Below are positions 1 through 9,071 of a stretch of DNA of 57,329 nt, in pieces. The stretch lies in assembly GCA_017447305.1 (NCBI GenBank), contig JAFSNY010000039.1, positions 1 to 57,329 on the forward strand. Reading direction: 5' to 3'. Under the pieces are notes generated by a model. It saw only the letters and a list, made by a program, of their open reading frames with translations, ran no database searches and was not told the origin of the DNA. Numbering within the stretch: position 1 is the stretch's first letter; every line of letters starts with the position of its first letter. Made by a program: the position numbers and the translations under genes. Source of the DNA: Bacilli bacterium. Lineage in GTDB: Bacteria > Bacillota_I > Bacilli_A > RFN20 > CAG-826.

Positions 1-429
1 TCAATATCAGAATTATGTAATAAAGCTTGGGTTTCAAGATGCACATTCTATAGAAATTACAAAGATATGGACGACATCATCTATCAATTTTTCATGAGAA
101 AATCAAAGAATTGGTGGGAAACAAACTACGTCAAGTTTTTAAAAGAAGAAAAAGATGTTAGCGTTAGTCTTTTTGAATACCTATTATCCTTAAAAGATGA
201 AATCTTGACTATTTATCAAAGAGGCTTATCTCATATATTTGAAAAGCACATTTTTGATTCAGCGATAAATGGAAGGAATATTTTTGATAAAGAACAATCT
301 TATTCTTCCGCGAGAGTGTCAGGTTCAATTGTTGGTTTAACTAATGAATGGGTGAGAAGAGGGATGCAAGATTCACCAGAATACCTGGCTAAATTTTTAA
401 ATAAGGAAATTGAATACAAAACGATTTAA
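1..429 (+). CDS. TetR/AcrR family transcriptional regulator (5' end outside window)
   Basis: Frame is open from base 1 and reads SISELCNKAWVSRCTFYRNYKDMDD, a TetR HTH pattern. C-terminal GLTNEWVRRGMQDSPE resembles TetR_C_8-type tails. Confidence 0.8.
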   Translation, partial: SISELCNKAWVSRCTFYRNYKDMDDIIYQFFMRKSKNWWETNYVKFLKEEKDVSVSLFEYLLSLKDEILTIYQRGLSHIFEKHIFDSAINGRNIFDKEQSYSSARVSGSIVGLTNEWVRRGMQDSPEYLAKFLNKEIEYKTI

Positions 430-437
430 AAGAGTTT

Positions 438-1688
438 ATGTTTAAAAACATTTGTAAATATATTGAACTTGCACTGTCATTTTTATTATTAGGGACCACT
501 ATTTATCAAAGTATCATTGGTGGACGATTATTTTTGCTAGTCTCTTTATTATTCTTAATAGAAACAGTTATTTATTCTTTAGCGTTGTTCAATAAAACAC
601 TCAAACTATCATCGTTAATTCAATTTATTCATTCACCACTTGCGATGGTTGTTTTGTTAATATCGGTGGTCTTAAATGGGGAAGCAAAATATTCAATATT
701 GTTAATCATTATTGCTTCTATTTACATCTTCTTAAAAATAGGGATTATCATCTATTATTATCTTATTCATGAGAGGAAAGATGATGTAATTAGCTATGCT
801 AAGTTTTATAACGGATTATGCTCTTTACTATACGTTATCGACTTATTAATTGTCGTTATTTTTAAAAATATCGCCATAGAAGCAACAGCCTTAACATTTT
901 TATTAATTCTCATCATCATTAACGCCTTGTCAACTTTCGCAGTGGCTTATTTCGCTCTAGCTTTTCTTGTTACTGCCTATTCTTTAAAAACACTGTCATT
1001 TAAAGAAAAGATCACTGCTGTTTCTAGATTTTTTATCAAATATGAACTTGGCTTTATTATTAGTGAGATATTTTGCTTTGTCACTATGATAGTGTCTTTT
1101 ATTAACGTAAACAAAAATCAATTCTTCTTCTTTTTAGGCGTGTTTTATTCAATCATATTTACCGCTAGATTGATTACTTTCTTATGGAATAAGAGTTTAG
1201 AAAAGAAAGAGACTAATCCCCTATTATTATCAAAGAAAAAACACGGAATTCTCTTATTTAATTCATTGTTCTTTTTAGCGGCAGGAGATTTATTATCTAT
1301 CTCTTCTATCTTACTATCAGCTCTTAGAGCTTCTTCTAATATACCAGCCTGGTTTTTTGTGGGTTTTATGTTTCCTTTTTCAATATTAAATTTTGTATTA
1401 AGCATGATTCATAGAAAATCCGCGAAAACAATTGATAATGCCTATTTAGATGTTACAGTGGATCAGTCCTTAATTACGTCGTTATTCTCTTTTTTGGCGG
1501 GGTTATCTTATTTCTTTAAATATATTTCTAATAATGATTTATCTGGTTTACTATGGCTTTTATTATGGCTAGGTGTTTTAACAATTATTACCGTTGCCTT
1601 AATCGTATCTTTTGTCCGTTCGTTAATGGGTTTAAAAGGGAAAAGAGGAACACAAAAAAACAGTCCTGATATTACATCAGAACTGTAA
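438..1688 (+). CDS. polytopic membrane protein (~12 TM, apparently two related halves)
   Basis: 416-aa ORF with many hydrophobic stretches, 8 bp downstream of the TetR gene. Confidence 0.75.
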   Translation: MFKNICKYIELALSFLLLGTTIYQSIIGGRLFLLVSLLFLIETVIYSLALFNKTLKLSSLIQFIHSPLAMVVLLISVVLNGEAKYSILLIIIASIYIFLKIGIIIYYYLIHERKDDVISYAKFYNGLCSLLYVIDLLIVVIFKNIAIEATALTFLLILIIINALSTFAVAYFALAFLVTAYSLKTLSFKEKITAVSRFFIKYELGFIISEIFCFVTMIVSFINVNKNQFFFFLGVFYSIIFTARLITFLWNKSLEKKETNPLLLSKKKHGILLFNSLFFLAAGDLLSISSILLSALRASSNIPAWFFVGFMFPFSILNFVLSMIHRKSAKTIDNAYLDVTVDQSLITSLFSFLAGLSYFFKYISNNDLSGLLWLLLWLGVLTIITVALIVSFVRSLMGLKGKRGTQKNSPDITSEL

Positions 1689-1739
1689 TTAACGATTGGA
1701 AGTAAAAGCAAGAAATAATACACATGAGACGCTTCTTAC

Positions 1740-1800
1740 AGATAAATGGTACACCCTCCAAAAAATGGGACAACATTTTCTTAAAATGGTACACCTTTTA
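1740..1800. repeat. direct repeat AAATGGTACACC x2; possible diverged copy of the island ~70-bp element
   Basis: 12-mer at 1744-1755 and 1784-1795, with AAAAAATGGG between them; lies just 3' of the recombinase tail. Confidence 0.5.
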
Positions 1801-1829
1801 TTTCACTACACCTTAAAGAAAAAGGTCAC

Positions 1830-1919
1830 TCAAGGAAGAGCAACCTCAACTTCGACACCAGTGGAAAATTTAAACCTTAATCTATCTTTACTAATGACCA
1901 TCACCTAATCTACTGTCAT
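1830..1919 (-). pseudogene. C-terminal remnant of a large serine recombinase
   Basis: Minus strand reads MTVD*VMVISKDRLRFKFSTGVEVEVALP*, matching the typical recombinase tail (VDkVtV...lvFkFknGxEi). Confidence 0.55.
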
Positions 1920-2049
1920 TACCCATAACCATAATCGTATTGTCTTCTTTAATATCAAATATTTCTCTTGCTTCTTTTAGAATCTTCGTTTATCCCTTAG
2001 GCCCTACTCTAATAGAAACGATGAATCGGTTATCACTAGTTTCTTTCAT
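1909..2049 (-). pseudogene. AbrB/MazE/SpoVT family DNA-binding protein, nonsense-mutated and truncated
   Basis: Reads MKETSDNRFIVSIRVGPKG*TKILKEAREIFDIKEDNTIMVMGNDSR; TAA replaces the Q of the KGQ motif. Confidence 0.7.
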
Positions 2050-2134
2050 AATTATTATTTTTTTTACTTTATATATCGCTATTTCCTATTTCTAATAGAT
2101 ATTATGTGATATCTTTTTATTTGAGATAATTAAT

Positions 2135-2854
2135 ATGCGATTGAACAATAAATTATTTGTATTACCACTTCTCTCTATATTCTTATTTGGCTGCTCTATA
2201 AATAATCCAGCAACTGTTAAACCAATTAGTTTAGAGGAAAGATTGAATAATGCTTATTTAGATGTTATTGAAACAAAAGAAGAAAATATTCGTCCCTTAA
2301 TTAATATCTCTCTTGATGAAAAGAATATCACTTGGAATGAAGATAATAATCGAGTGTTGTTATTTACATTGCATCGATTTCCTGATTCATATCCTGATGG
2401 AGAAGATATTACATTTTCGTGGGGTGAATCTTGGCTTTGCTCAGTAAAAGAATTGCAAGGTTGGTATGTAAATAACAAAGATAATATTAAAGACCCGTTA
2501 CTCAGAATAAAACAATTACTTGGAATGAGCCACGAGAGTAAAAATACATATATTAGTTCGCTTTGGATTGGTGTTGATGATTTGATTCGACCTGCATATG
2601 TAACTGATGTTAATAAACCAATGGCGACATCTTTTGATGAAAATGTATCCGAAGAATATAAAGCTTGGTTCATCAATCAATATTATTATTCATATGATGT
2701 TAATAAACTTCCATGGACAAGACTTGGCTATACATATGATTGGAGCGAAGAAGCAAAAAATAAATATGGATTAAGTGAATTTATCGCATTTAAAGGAACA
2801 ACAGCAAAAGTTGATAAAACACTACCTGTCGAAGTTTTTTTAAAAACTCTTTGA
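2135..2854 (+). CDS. conserved hypothetical lipoprotein
   Basis: Signal peptide with lipobox LFGC; conserved-looking motifs RIKQLLG, RPAY, PWTRLGYTYDW, YGLSEF. Confidence 0.75.
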   Translation: MRLNNKLFVLPLLSIFLFGCSINNPATVKPISLEERLNNAYLDVIETKEENIRPLINISLDEKNITWNEDNNRVLLFTLHRFPDSYPDGEDITFSWGESWLCSVKELQGWYVNNKDNIKDPLLRIKQLLGMSHESKNTYISSLWIGVDDLIRPAYVTDVNKPMATSFDENVSEEYKAWFINQYYYSYDVNKLPWTRLGYTYDWSEEAKNKYGLSEFIAFKGTTAKVDKTLPVEVFLKTL

Positions 2855-2889
2855 TATATTGTTACTAATTTCTATAACGAAGGTGAATT

Positions 2890-4272
2890 ATGATTAGAAA
2901 GAATTACAAAGTTTTTATTGCATATCATGGAACCTATAGTGAAAAAGGTTCAAAACAAGACGCTGAAGATTTAAGAAAATATCTTCTTAATCATGGTTTT
3001 AGTGAATCAGAGATTTTCTTTTTCCCTTCAAAAGAAGGTGGCGCCTATAAGGCCAATGTCATCGACGCATTATCAAGTCAGACTTTCATTCTTGTTTATA
3101 ATGAGAATTTAAAGCTTGAAGATAATGGAATAATCGATCACAAAGAGCATTATGAATTATGCACTGAAATCGATGCTTTTTATGCGCTGACACAGTTAGG
3201 GAATGATGTCGGTCAAAACGACGCGAAAGCGTTATATGTTGGCAACATGGACATCCACCATCGAGGAGACGAAAGCCTTCTCCATCCTTTGTTTAAAGAT
3301 ATTGCTCAATCCGCTACATCAAAAGAAGACAAAGAAACAGCTTTTGAAGGAATTCTTAAATGGATAAATATCCGTCTATCAACACAAGAAAAAGATGATA
3401 ATAACAATCAAATTAGAAATATAGAATTTTTCGATGATAATATCGAAGAAAGAAGAAGATTAGAAAGACAACAAAAATTTTTATTAAAATTTGATGCTTC
3501 TACCTATGATTATCATTTAAAAGACATGAAAAATATCAACATCCTTGATTTAGGTTGCTCTAATGGTAGAGGAGTGATGGAAAGACTTGGTAAAAGAGAA
3601 GGATTATATAATAGATTAATTGGTATCGATTCGAGTGCTTCTAGTATCGATGAGGCTCGCTATTACTACGATAATAAAAATATTTCTTTTTATGTTGTTG
3701 ACGTGGAAAGTGAAGATTTTTTACCTAAGATGCATGGAATAATGAAACAAGAAGGAATCGATGGTTTCGACTTTATTAACTGTCAATCCTTATTACTTCA
3801 TTTAAAGAATCCTTTTAACGTTTTAAAATCTGTTCGTTCGTTGATGAATGATGGAGGAATTATCTTTATTTTAGATGTTGATGATGGCTTGACATTAGCC
3901 TATCCAGATAACGATCATTTAATATCTCATCTATTTGATATTGATTATCAACTTCCTACTACTGGTAACCGTCACTGCGGTCGAACAATCCCTGGTCTTC
4001 TATCTCTTGCTGGATATAAAAATATAGTATTAGAAAAAGCAGGAATTAATACTTGTTCTTTAACTCACGAAGAAAGAGAAACGCTTTTCCGTTTTAATTA
4101 TGATTTCATTAAAGCGGGTTTAGAAAAAACCATTAAAAAAGATCCTGATAATAAAGAAATGCAAAATCATCTTAAATGGGTGATTAAAATGGGTGATGAA
4201 ATGGAAAAACGCTTTTACAGCGATTCCTTCTTCTTCACTTATGGTGATGTAATAATCACTGCAAAAAAATAA
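2890..4272 (+). CDS. TIR-like domain fused to a class I SAM-dependent methyltransferase
   Basis: N-terminus has KVFIAYH...IFFFP...FILVY...ELCTEI (TIR-like pattern). C-terminus has ERRRLERQ, ILDLGCSNG, IGIDSS, FDFI, LLHL and DGG (class I MTase motifs). RBS aaggtga. Confidence 0.7.
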   Translation: MIRKNYKVFIAYHGTYSEKGSKQDAEDLRKYLLNHGFSESEIFFFPSKEGGAYKANVIDALSSQTFILVYNENLKLEDNGIIDHKEHYELCTEIDAFYALTQLGNDVGQNDAKALYVGNMDIHHRGDESLLHPLFKDIAQSATSKEDKETAFEGILKWINIRLSTQEKDDNNNQIRNIEFFDDNIEERRRLERQQKFLLKFDASTYDYHLKDMKNINILDLGCSNGRGVMERLGKREGLYNRLIGIDSSASSIDEARYYYDNKNISFYVVDVESEDFLPKMHGIMKQEGIDGFDFINCQSLLLHLKNPFNVLKSVRSLMNDGGIIFILDVDDGLTLAYPDNDHLISHLFDIDYQLPTTGNRHCGRTIPGLLSLAGYKNIVLEKAGINTCSLTHEERETLFRFNYDFIKAGLEKTIKKDPDNKEMQNHLKWVIKMGDEMEKRFYSDSFFFTYGDVIITAKK

Positions 4273-4291
4273 TTAATAATTGGTTTATGAT

Positions 4292-4501
4292 TTATAGGTG
4301 ACGTAAACTCACTAGTGCTAACAAAACGAAATCAATACCACCGTCGCCACTTTTAGACGTCACCTCAACTTCAGACAATCCAATCGATTCTAAAAATGGC
4401 TTTAAAAATTCTTCGAAATCATAGCCAGTTTCAAATTGATGATAAAATTCATCAAGGATTTTGCCAAGTTCAGCTTTGCTTAATTCTTTAATTGTCCTCA
4501 T
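4292..4501 (-). pseudogene. Mrr-like restriction endonuclease, truncated
   Basis: FEEFLKPFLESIGLSEVEVTSKSGDGGID is the Mrr_cat start; similarity ends before the catalytic Q-x-K. Confidence 0.7.
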
Positions 4502-4980
4502 TGGTTGTCACCATTATTATTTTTTTCATCTTCCATCATTTCTTTGATGGCGGGAATGGACATTAATTGCTGATAGAAGTATTCCATGTTTGCTTTAGCA
4601 TCCTTTTTGCGCTCTTCAATTATCTCATCGTATGAAATTCCTAATATTTCACACAATTCTTTTCCTGTCATTACGTGCTCAATTTCAAAGGCGTTTTTAA
4701 AGCCTTTAACGATTTCTTCTTTGTTAGTTTGATTGAAACAACAAACGTAATAATCGGATACAAATGGTATTTTGGCACCTATATGGAGGTTGAATCTCTC
4801 AAGGTGCTCTTGCTCTCCCCATGCTTTTTTAGTATCAAATGAATCGCCATCTTTTAATTCGATGATTTTGCAAACTCTTTTTTGCTGAACGACAAAAACT
4901 AATAAATCCGGTTCGTTACCATCTAATTTATATGAGCTCTTTTTAAGAATTCTCTTGGTACAGACATATGTCCCGTAAAA
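4498..4980 (-). pseudogene. PD-(D/E)xK type II restriction endonuclease, C-terminal fragment
   Basis: EPDLLVF...IIELKDGDSFDTKK catalytic-type motif. No credible start or RBS upstream (the track's TTG start at 5052 looks spurious). Overlaps the Mrr start by 4 bp. Confidence 0.6.
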
Positions 4981-5052
4981 TGCATAAGTAATACTTTCAA
5001 TTCTATATACTTTGTATATAGATAAAATAAAAAGACATCTTGATGTTAACAA

Positions 5053-5124
5053 AATGTCTCATTTTTTCGAATGTCTCAATGTAACGACATTACTAGTAAA
5101 CACGACCAATCGTAACGACATTAC
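5053..5124. repeat. paired short repeats AATGTCTCA x2 and GTAACGACATTAC x2
   Basis: Copies at 5053-5061, 5070-5078, 5081-5093 and 5112-5124; AATGTC and GACATT are reverse complements. Confidence 0.6.
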
Positions 5125-5455
5125 ACTAATCTTTTACGTTTAATAATATGTAATCGAAATACTTCAAGGTAGAAAACGCATATCTTTTAGCAACGTATTC
5201 ATTTCCACCATGCTTGCTATTACATTCAGAAGTATCTGTGCTGTTGCTGTAATACTTCATGGTTATAACAAATTTTACACTGACAAATATATTATATGCA
5301 TGCATGTTTTACAAAAGTGCCATGCATTTAGCAAACTATAAGATTTTCTTCCTATATCTTTAACTATTATAGTCTAAAAAAACAGTAATATAAAAATGGA
5401 TATTTCTTACATCAAAATATGGAGTGTATATTATAACTTCTTCTATCTTTTTGCC

Positions 5456-7453
5456 TTATATAGGCATTTCTATTTCTGGGATATCAATAAATTGATATGA
5501 GTAATATTCTATTGCGCCATCATCATTTTTTATTTCAATTTGATCAAGTGTATCATATATAAATGTTATTCTAATCGTTTTGCCATTTAGATAATAGCAT
5601 CCTCCAACATCTAAAGTTTCATATGTAGCGTCATCATAATTATATGGTTTTAAACCTGATAAATTAAATAGCCAAGTACGGATATTAGAATCAAATGTCT
5701 TTTGCCATCCTTCATATTCGGGACAAGTATAACGATATCCTCCATTATCTATTATCTCAAAATAATTATCGACAAATTCATTTGTGTTATCAATATATGT
5801 TCTATAGTTGCCTTTATAGTCATTATATAAAACATGATACTCGTCAATAATTTGTTCATTTCTATATTTATAGTAGCTAATATTTATTTTTTTATCGGCG
5901 ATATCAGTTAAAGAGAAGTAGCTATTCCAAGCGTCTTTAGAAACACTGTATTTATCATCAATAAAGTATTTATATTGTGGATTGATACTTATTGATGTGA
6001 TATTTAAATCCATCTTCGTAAACACCCCATTAAAAATCATTCTTAAATTGAATGTATCATTAATAAGTTCTATATCTGCGCTATAGTGACCTAAATAAAT
6101 CTTTTCATCTTTATTAACATCATATAAACATTCAAAATCAATCCTAAATGCTTCATCGTCATAAGAGTTAAAAAGGGCAAAGCCAAGAAGAATTTGCTGG
6201 TTATTTAATACAAATTCTACGTAAAACACATTTTTTTCATTATCAATATCAATTACGAGAAATCCACCAGTAAAGATGTCGATGCCTTTTTCATTATCAT
6301 TTGGGAAGACGACATTACTAATCTCAATCTTTTTATGATTTAAGTAAGATTTTAATTGTTCTTCTGCGTGAGGATATTCATATCTATCTGTTATATCTTC
6401 TTTATTAGTTAATGTAGCAGTTACATCTACATAAACCACTTCTTCTTTCTTCTCGTCTTTAAGCAGCGCAAATTGAAGTTCCATATCATGTTCTTTAATA
6501 ACCGCGCCAGGAATATTAATGAGTCTATTTTCATCACTAGAAGGATCATAGTCTTTACCATAGCCCATTCTCTTATCAAAAGATATGTTAAATGATTTAG
6601 TGGCACTCTTATAGTCTTCACTAACACCAAAATATACTATGACGATATTTCTACTTAAGTTAGTAACTAACTGCACTTCGGTAGATGTATATTTATCACC
6701 AATTACATATAGATATGCATCTTTTAATTCATCTTCTATAACTTCTTTATATTCTGAAGTTTCCACTACAACATTACTTAATTTATGTTTTGTGTACCAA
6801 TATGGATTAGAGTTATCCATCACTTTTCCATCTGGAATATCCACTTTTGTTTTATCGTAATCACGCGCTTCTAAGATATAAGTTGTATCGTTAATAACAG
6901 CCTTAAAGCTTGTCACTTTTTTATTATAAAATTTAAATTCAACGTATTCTGCTTGTATACGCGTAGTAGATTGAGTCTTTTCATCTTTATAATTATCACT
7001 ATCGTAGTTAGTAGCGATATATGCTTCTTTTGTAGAATCATAACTAAACGCTTGATATTCAAATGTATGGATAATCGTGTAATCTAAAATATCCGCTTTG
7101 AAACCATCAATAGTTTTATATTCTTCAATAACCCAGCCTTCGTCTTCACTATTATAAATATGACGATATCCACCTTCATCTAATAGTTGATAATAATCGT
7201 TAATCGTATCTTTAATCTCTACATGAATCTTGCCGTTTTCATTTTTAATAACACCCGTAGAAGTAACCTGATTATTAATTAAAACTTGGCGGTCTAAGGT
7301 GAAATTGTTATCGCTAGAAAATAACCCACCTTGACTTATATTGACATTCCAAAAGTTTTCATCCACTTGACTAGGAGATAATGAAGAAAATGAACAGCCA
7401 CATAAAGAAGTTGATAAAAATAAGATTATTGGAGAAAAAAATCTAGATTTCAT
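5456..7453 (-). CDS. large lipoprotein with internally duplicated domains
   Basis: Lipobox LCGC; 665 aa; N- and C-terminal regions share motifs (GGYR, EGW). Confidence 0.75.
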   Translation of the reverse strand: MKSRFFSPIILFLSTSLCGCSFSSLSPSQVDENFWNVNISQGGLFSSDNNFTLDRQVLINNQVTSTGVIKNENGKIHVEIKDTINDYYQLLDEGGYRHIYNSEDEGWVIEEYKTIDGFKADILDYTIIHTFEYQAFSYDSTKEAYIATNYDSDNYKDEKTQSTTRIQAEYVEFKFYNKKVTSFKAVINDTTYILEARDYDKTKVDIPDGKVMDNSNPYWYTKHKLSNVVVETSEYKEVIEDELKDAYLYVIGDKYTSTEVQLVTNLSRNIVIVYFGVSEDYKSATKSFNISFDKRMGYGKDYDPSSDENRLINIPGAVIKEHDMELQFALLKDEKKEEVVYVDVTATLTNKEDITDRYEYPHAEEQLKSYLNHKKIEISNVVFPNDNEKGIDIFTGGFLVIDIDNEKNVFYVEFVLNNQQILLGFALFNSYDDEAFRIDFECLYDVNKDEKIYLGHYSADIELINDTFNLRMIFNGVFTKMDLNITSISINPQYKYFIDDKYSVSKDAWNSYFSLTDIADKKINISYYKYRNEQIIDEYHVLYNDYKGNYRTYIDNTNEFVDNYFEIIDNGGYRYTCPEYEGWQKTFDSNIRTWLFNLSGLKPYNYDDATYETLDVGGCYYLNGKTIRITFIYDTLDQIEIKNDDGAIEYYSYQFIDIPEIEMPI

Positions 7454-7665
7454 ATCTCTACTTTAATATAACCACGAAACATAAATAAAAGCAAACTAGA
7501 ATCCTAGTATCTCTTCTTATCCAAACTTGAAATCAATTTTTGTCTTTCCTAAAAATAATTATTACATGATTCAATAAATCACATTAAAAACTCGAAGATT
7601 CAAGTCATTTTTGAGCGTTTTTGATTGCAATCATTATTGTTTTTCTTCGTTGCGTAATTCTGGAT

Positions 7666-7713
7666 ATAGAGTGACAAATGGAGAGACAAATGTCACCCTA
7701 GATGTCACTCTAT
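7666..7713. repeat. nested inverted repeat of four GACA/TGTC half-sites
   Basis: ATAGAGTGACA (7666-7676) and TGTCACTCTAT (7703-7713) form a perfect 11-bp IR with an inner imperfect pair. Confidence 0.6.
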
Positions 7714-7785
7714 TTATATTTAATTCATTATAAAGATAATATGCCAATATTTATGCTGTGCAAAGATTTTTTGCCATCGAAATAG

Positions 7786-7816
7786 AAAAAAGAGACTAAT
7801 ATCACTATTAATCTCC
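7786..7816 (-). terminator. intrinsic terminator after element copy 1
   Basis: Minus strand GAGATTAATA-GTGA-TATTAGTCTC followed by a T run. Confidence 0.6.
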
Positions 7817-7829
7817 AATCTCTCATAAT

Positions 7830-7900
7830 GATGGCAGATTACTTAAGTAATACAAATACCATCTAAAAGTTGGGTTATATTCACCACAAGTGATACATTT
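7830..7900. repeat. ~70-bp bipartite element, copy 1
   Basis: GGCAGA...AAGTAATAC (7845)...AAAAGTTGGG...TATTCACCACAAGTGATAC (core at 7888). Confidence 0.75.
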
Positions 7901-7925
7901 TTAGCGTATCTTGGGATGGATTAAG

Positions 7926-8527
7926 TCATAGAGAATAAATGATTTTAGAAATGATAGCTCTTAATTTATCATTATTCCCATTAACACTTTCAAAACTAGC
8001 AACATTATTCTCTTCAGCACTGATTTTAGACCAGTCAAAGCCATATCCGCTTTTAAGACCAATATATCTAATAATTCTCTTTGGGTTCTACCATTGCCTT
8101 CTCTAAAAGGATGAAGAGCATTTATATCCGCTAAAAGATTAGTGACATAGTTAATGAAATCTTCTTTCGGAATGCCTTGAAAGTAGTTATCTCTTTTTAG
8201 ATTAGCAAAAATGTCTTTAGCGTAGGATTCGATGTATTGCGGAAGGCAAAACAAATTACCCTTTGCAATCGCAACAGTCCTTACCTTACCTGCCCAAAAG
8301 AATAAATCTTGAAACAAATAAAAATGAATCGCTTTCAAGTGCTCAAAATCTAGGTTGCCATCTATTGGTTTATTCAATAATTCGGATTGTCTCAAGCCAC
8401 TATAAAAACGTTCGACCTTATAAAAGGTTTCCTCGTCTTGTATATTTAGTTTATTTATTAAAACATCACTGTCTTGATAACAGTAGATGCCCTTTTCGTC
8501 TAAATAAGAATATTTATATTTATCCAT
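7926..8527 (-). pseudogene. Fic family adenylyltransferase toxin with a 1-nt frameshift after the active site
   Basis: Intact HPFREGNGRTQR motif. Adding one T near 8073 gives FIRYIGLKSGYGFDWSKISAEENNVASFESVNGNNDKLRAIISKIIYSL*, a typical Fic tail ending at 7926. Confidence 0.75.
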
Positions 8528-8690
8528 TAATTCCTAAACTGGCGTTGAGCTGTCTAAAAGCCTCTTCCCTAGTAATTTCTCCATCAACAACTTTAGATAT
8601 TAATTCAATATCAAAATCACTTAATGGCATACCTTCTAATGACATAGTTGCATTAACATCTTTGATTATTTTTTCAGCTTTTTTACTCAT
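8520..8690 (-). CDS. VbhA-like antitoxin (56 aa, not in the ORF track)
   Basis: MSKKAEKIIKDVNATMSLEGMPLSDFDIELISKVVDGEITREEA carries the (S/T)xxxEG inhibitory motif and GEIT; overlaps the fic start. Confidence 0.8.
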   Translation of the reverse strand: MSKKAEKIIKDVNATMSLEGMPLSDFDIELISKVVDGEITREEAFRQLNASLGING

Positions 8691-8747
8691 GGATTCATTA
8701 TAACATTATCAATCAAATATAATCATTATTTAATTACTTTAAAAACT

Positions 8748-8775
8748 AAAAAACAGTACCGATTTACGATACTGT
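8748..8775 (-). terminator. intrinsic terminator after element copy 2
   Basis: Minus strand ACAGTATCG-TAAAT-CGGTACTGT followed by a T run. Confidence 0.6.
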
Positions 8776-8782
8776 AATAAGC

Positions 8783-8856
8783 TTTGGGGGCAGAGTACTA
8801 AAGTGATACTTTTTGCCTTAAAAAGTTGGGGTGTATTCACCAAAAGTGATACACTT
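8783..8856. repeat. ~70-bp bipartite element, copy 2
   Basis: TTGGGGGCAGAGTACTAAAGTGATAC...AAAAAGTTGGGGTGTATTCACCAAAAGTGATACAC; cores at 8801 and 8844. Confidence 0.8.
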
Positions 8857-8865
8857 CATAATATT

Positions 8866-9071
8866 TTATGAATTGACAATCTTTTTTATTTGTTCCTTGT
8901 CTAATTCTTTGGCAGTTAGTAATGGAATTAATTTCCTAATTATCTCAACATCCTTGTCCCACCATTTAAGTTCTAAAAGAAACCTTCTTGTTTCTTTGTC
9001 AAAACGATATTTTTTTACTTGAGCAGGATTGCCTACAGCAACTGAATAAGGTGGTATATCTTAGTGACGAT
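8866..9071 (-). pseudogene. 3' remnant of a Vat/CatB-family (xenobiotic) O-acetyltransferase
   Basis: VT(K)DIPPYSVAVGNPAQVKKYRFDKETRRFLLELKWWDKDVEIIRKLIPLLT is the typical C-terminus of hexapeptide XAT proteins; no 5' half present. Confidence 0.75.

Noticed and set aside
1696-1908. 70-aa plus-strand ORF
   Set aside because: TTG start, no RBS; antisense to the recombinase tail and spans the repeat.
5126-5260. 44-aa minus-strand ORF (MKYYSNSTDTSECN...)
   Set aside because: No RBS or recognisable motif; cannot be supported.
8263-9022. plus-strand ORFs 8263-8703 and 8831-9022
   Set aside because: Antisense shadows of the antitoxin/fic pair and the Vat/CatB remnant.
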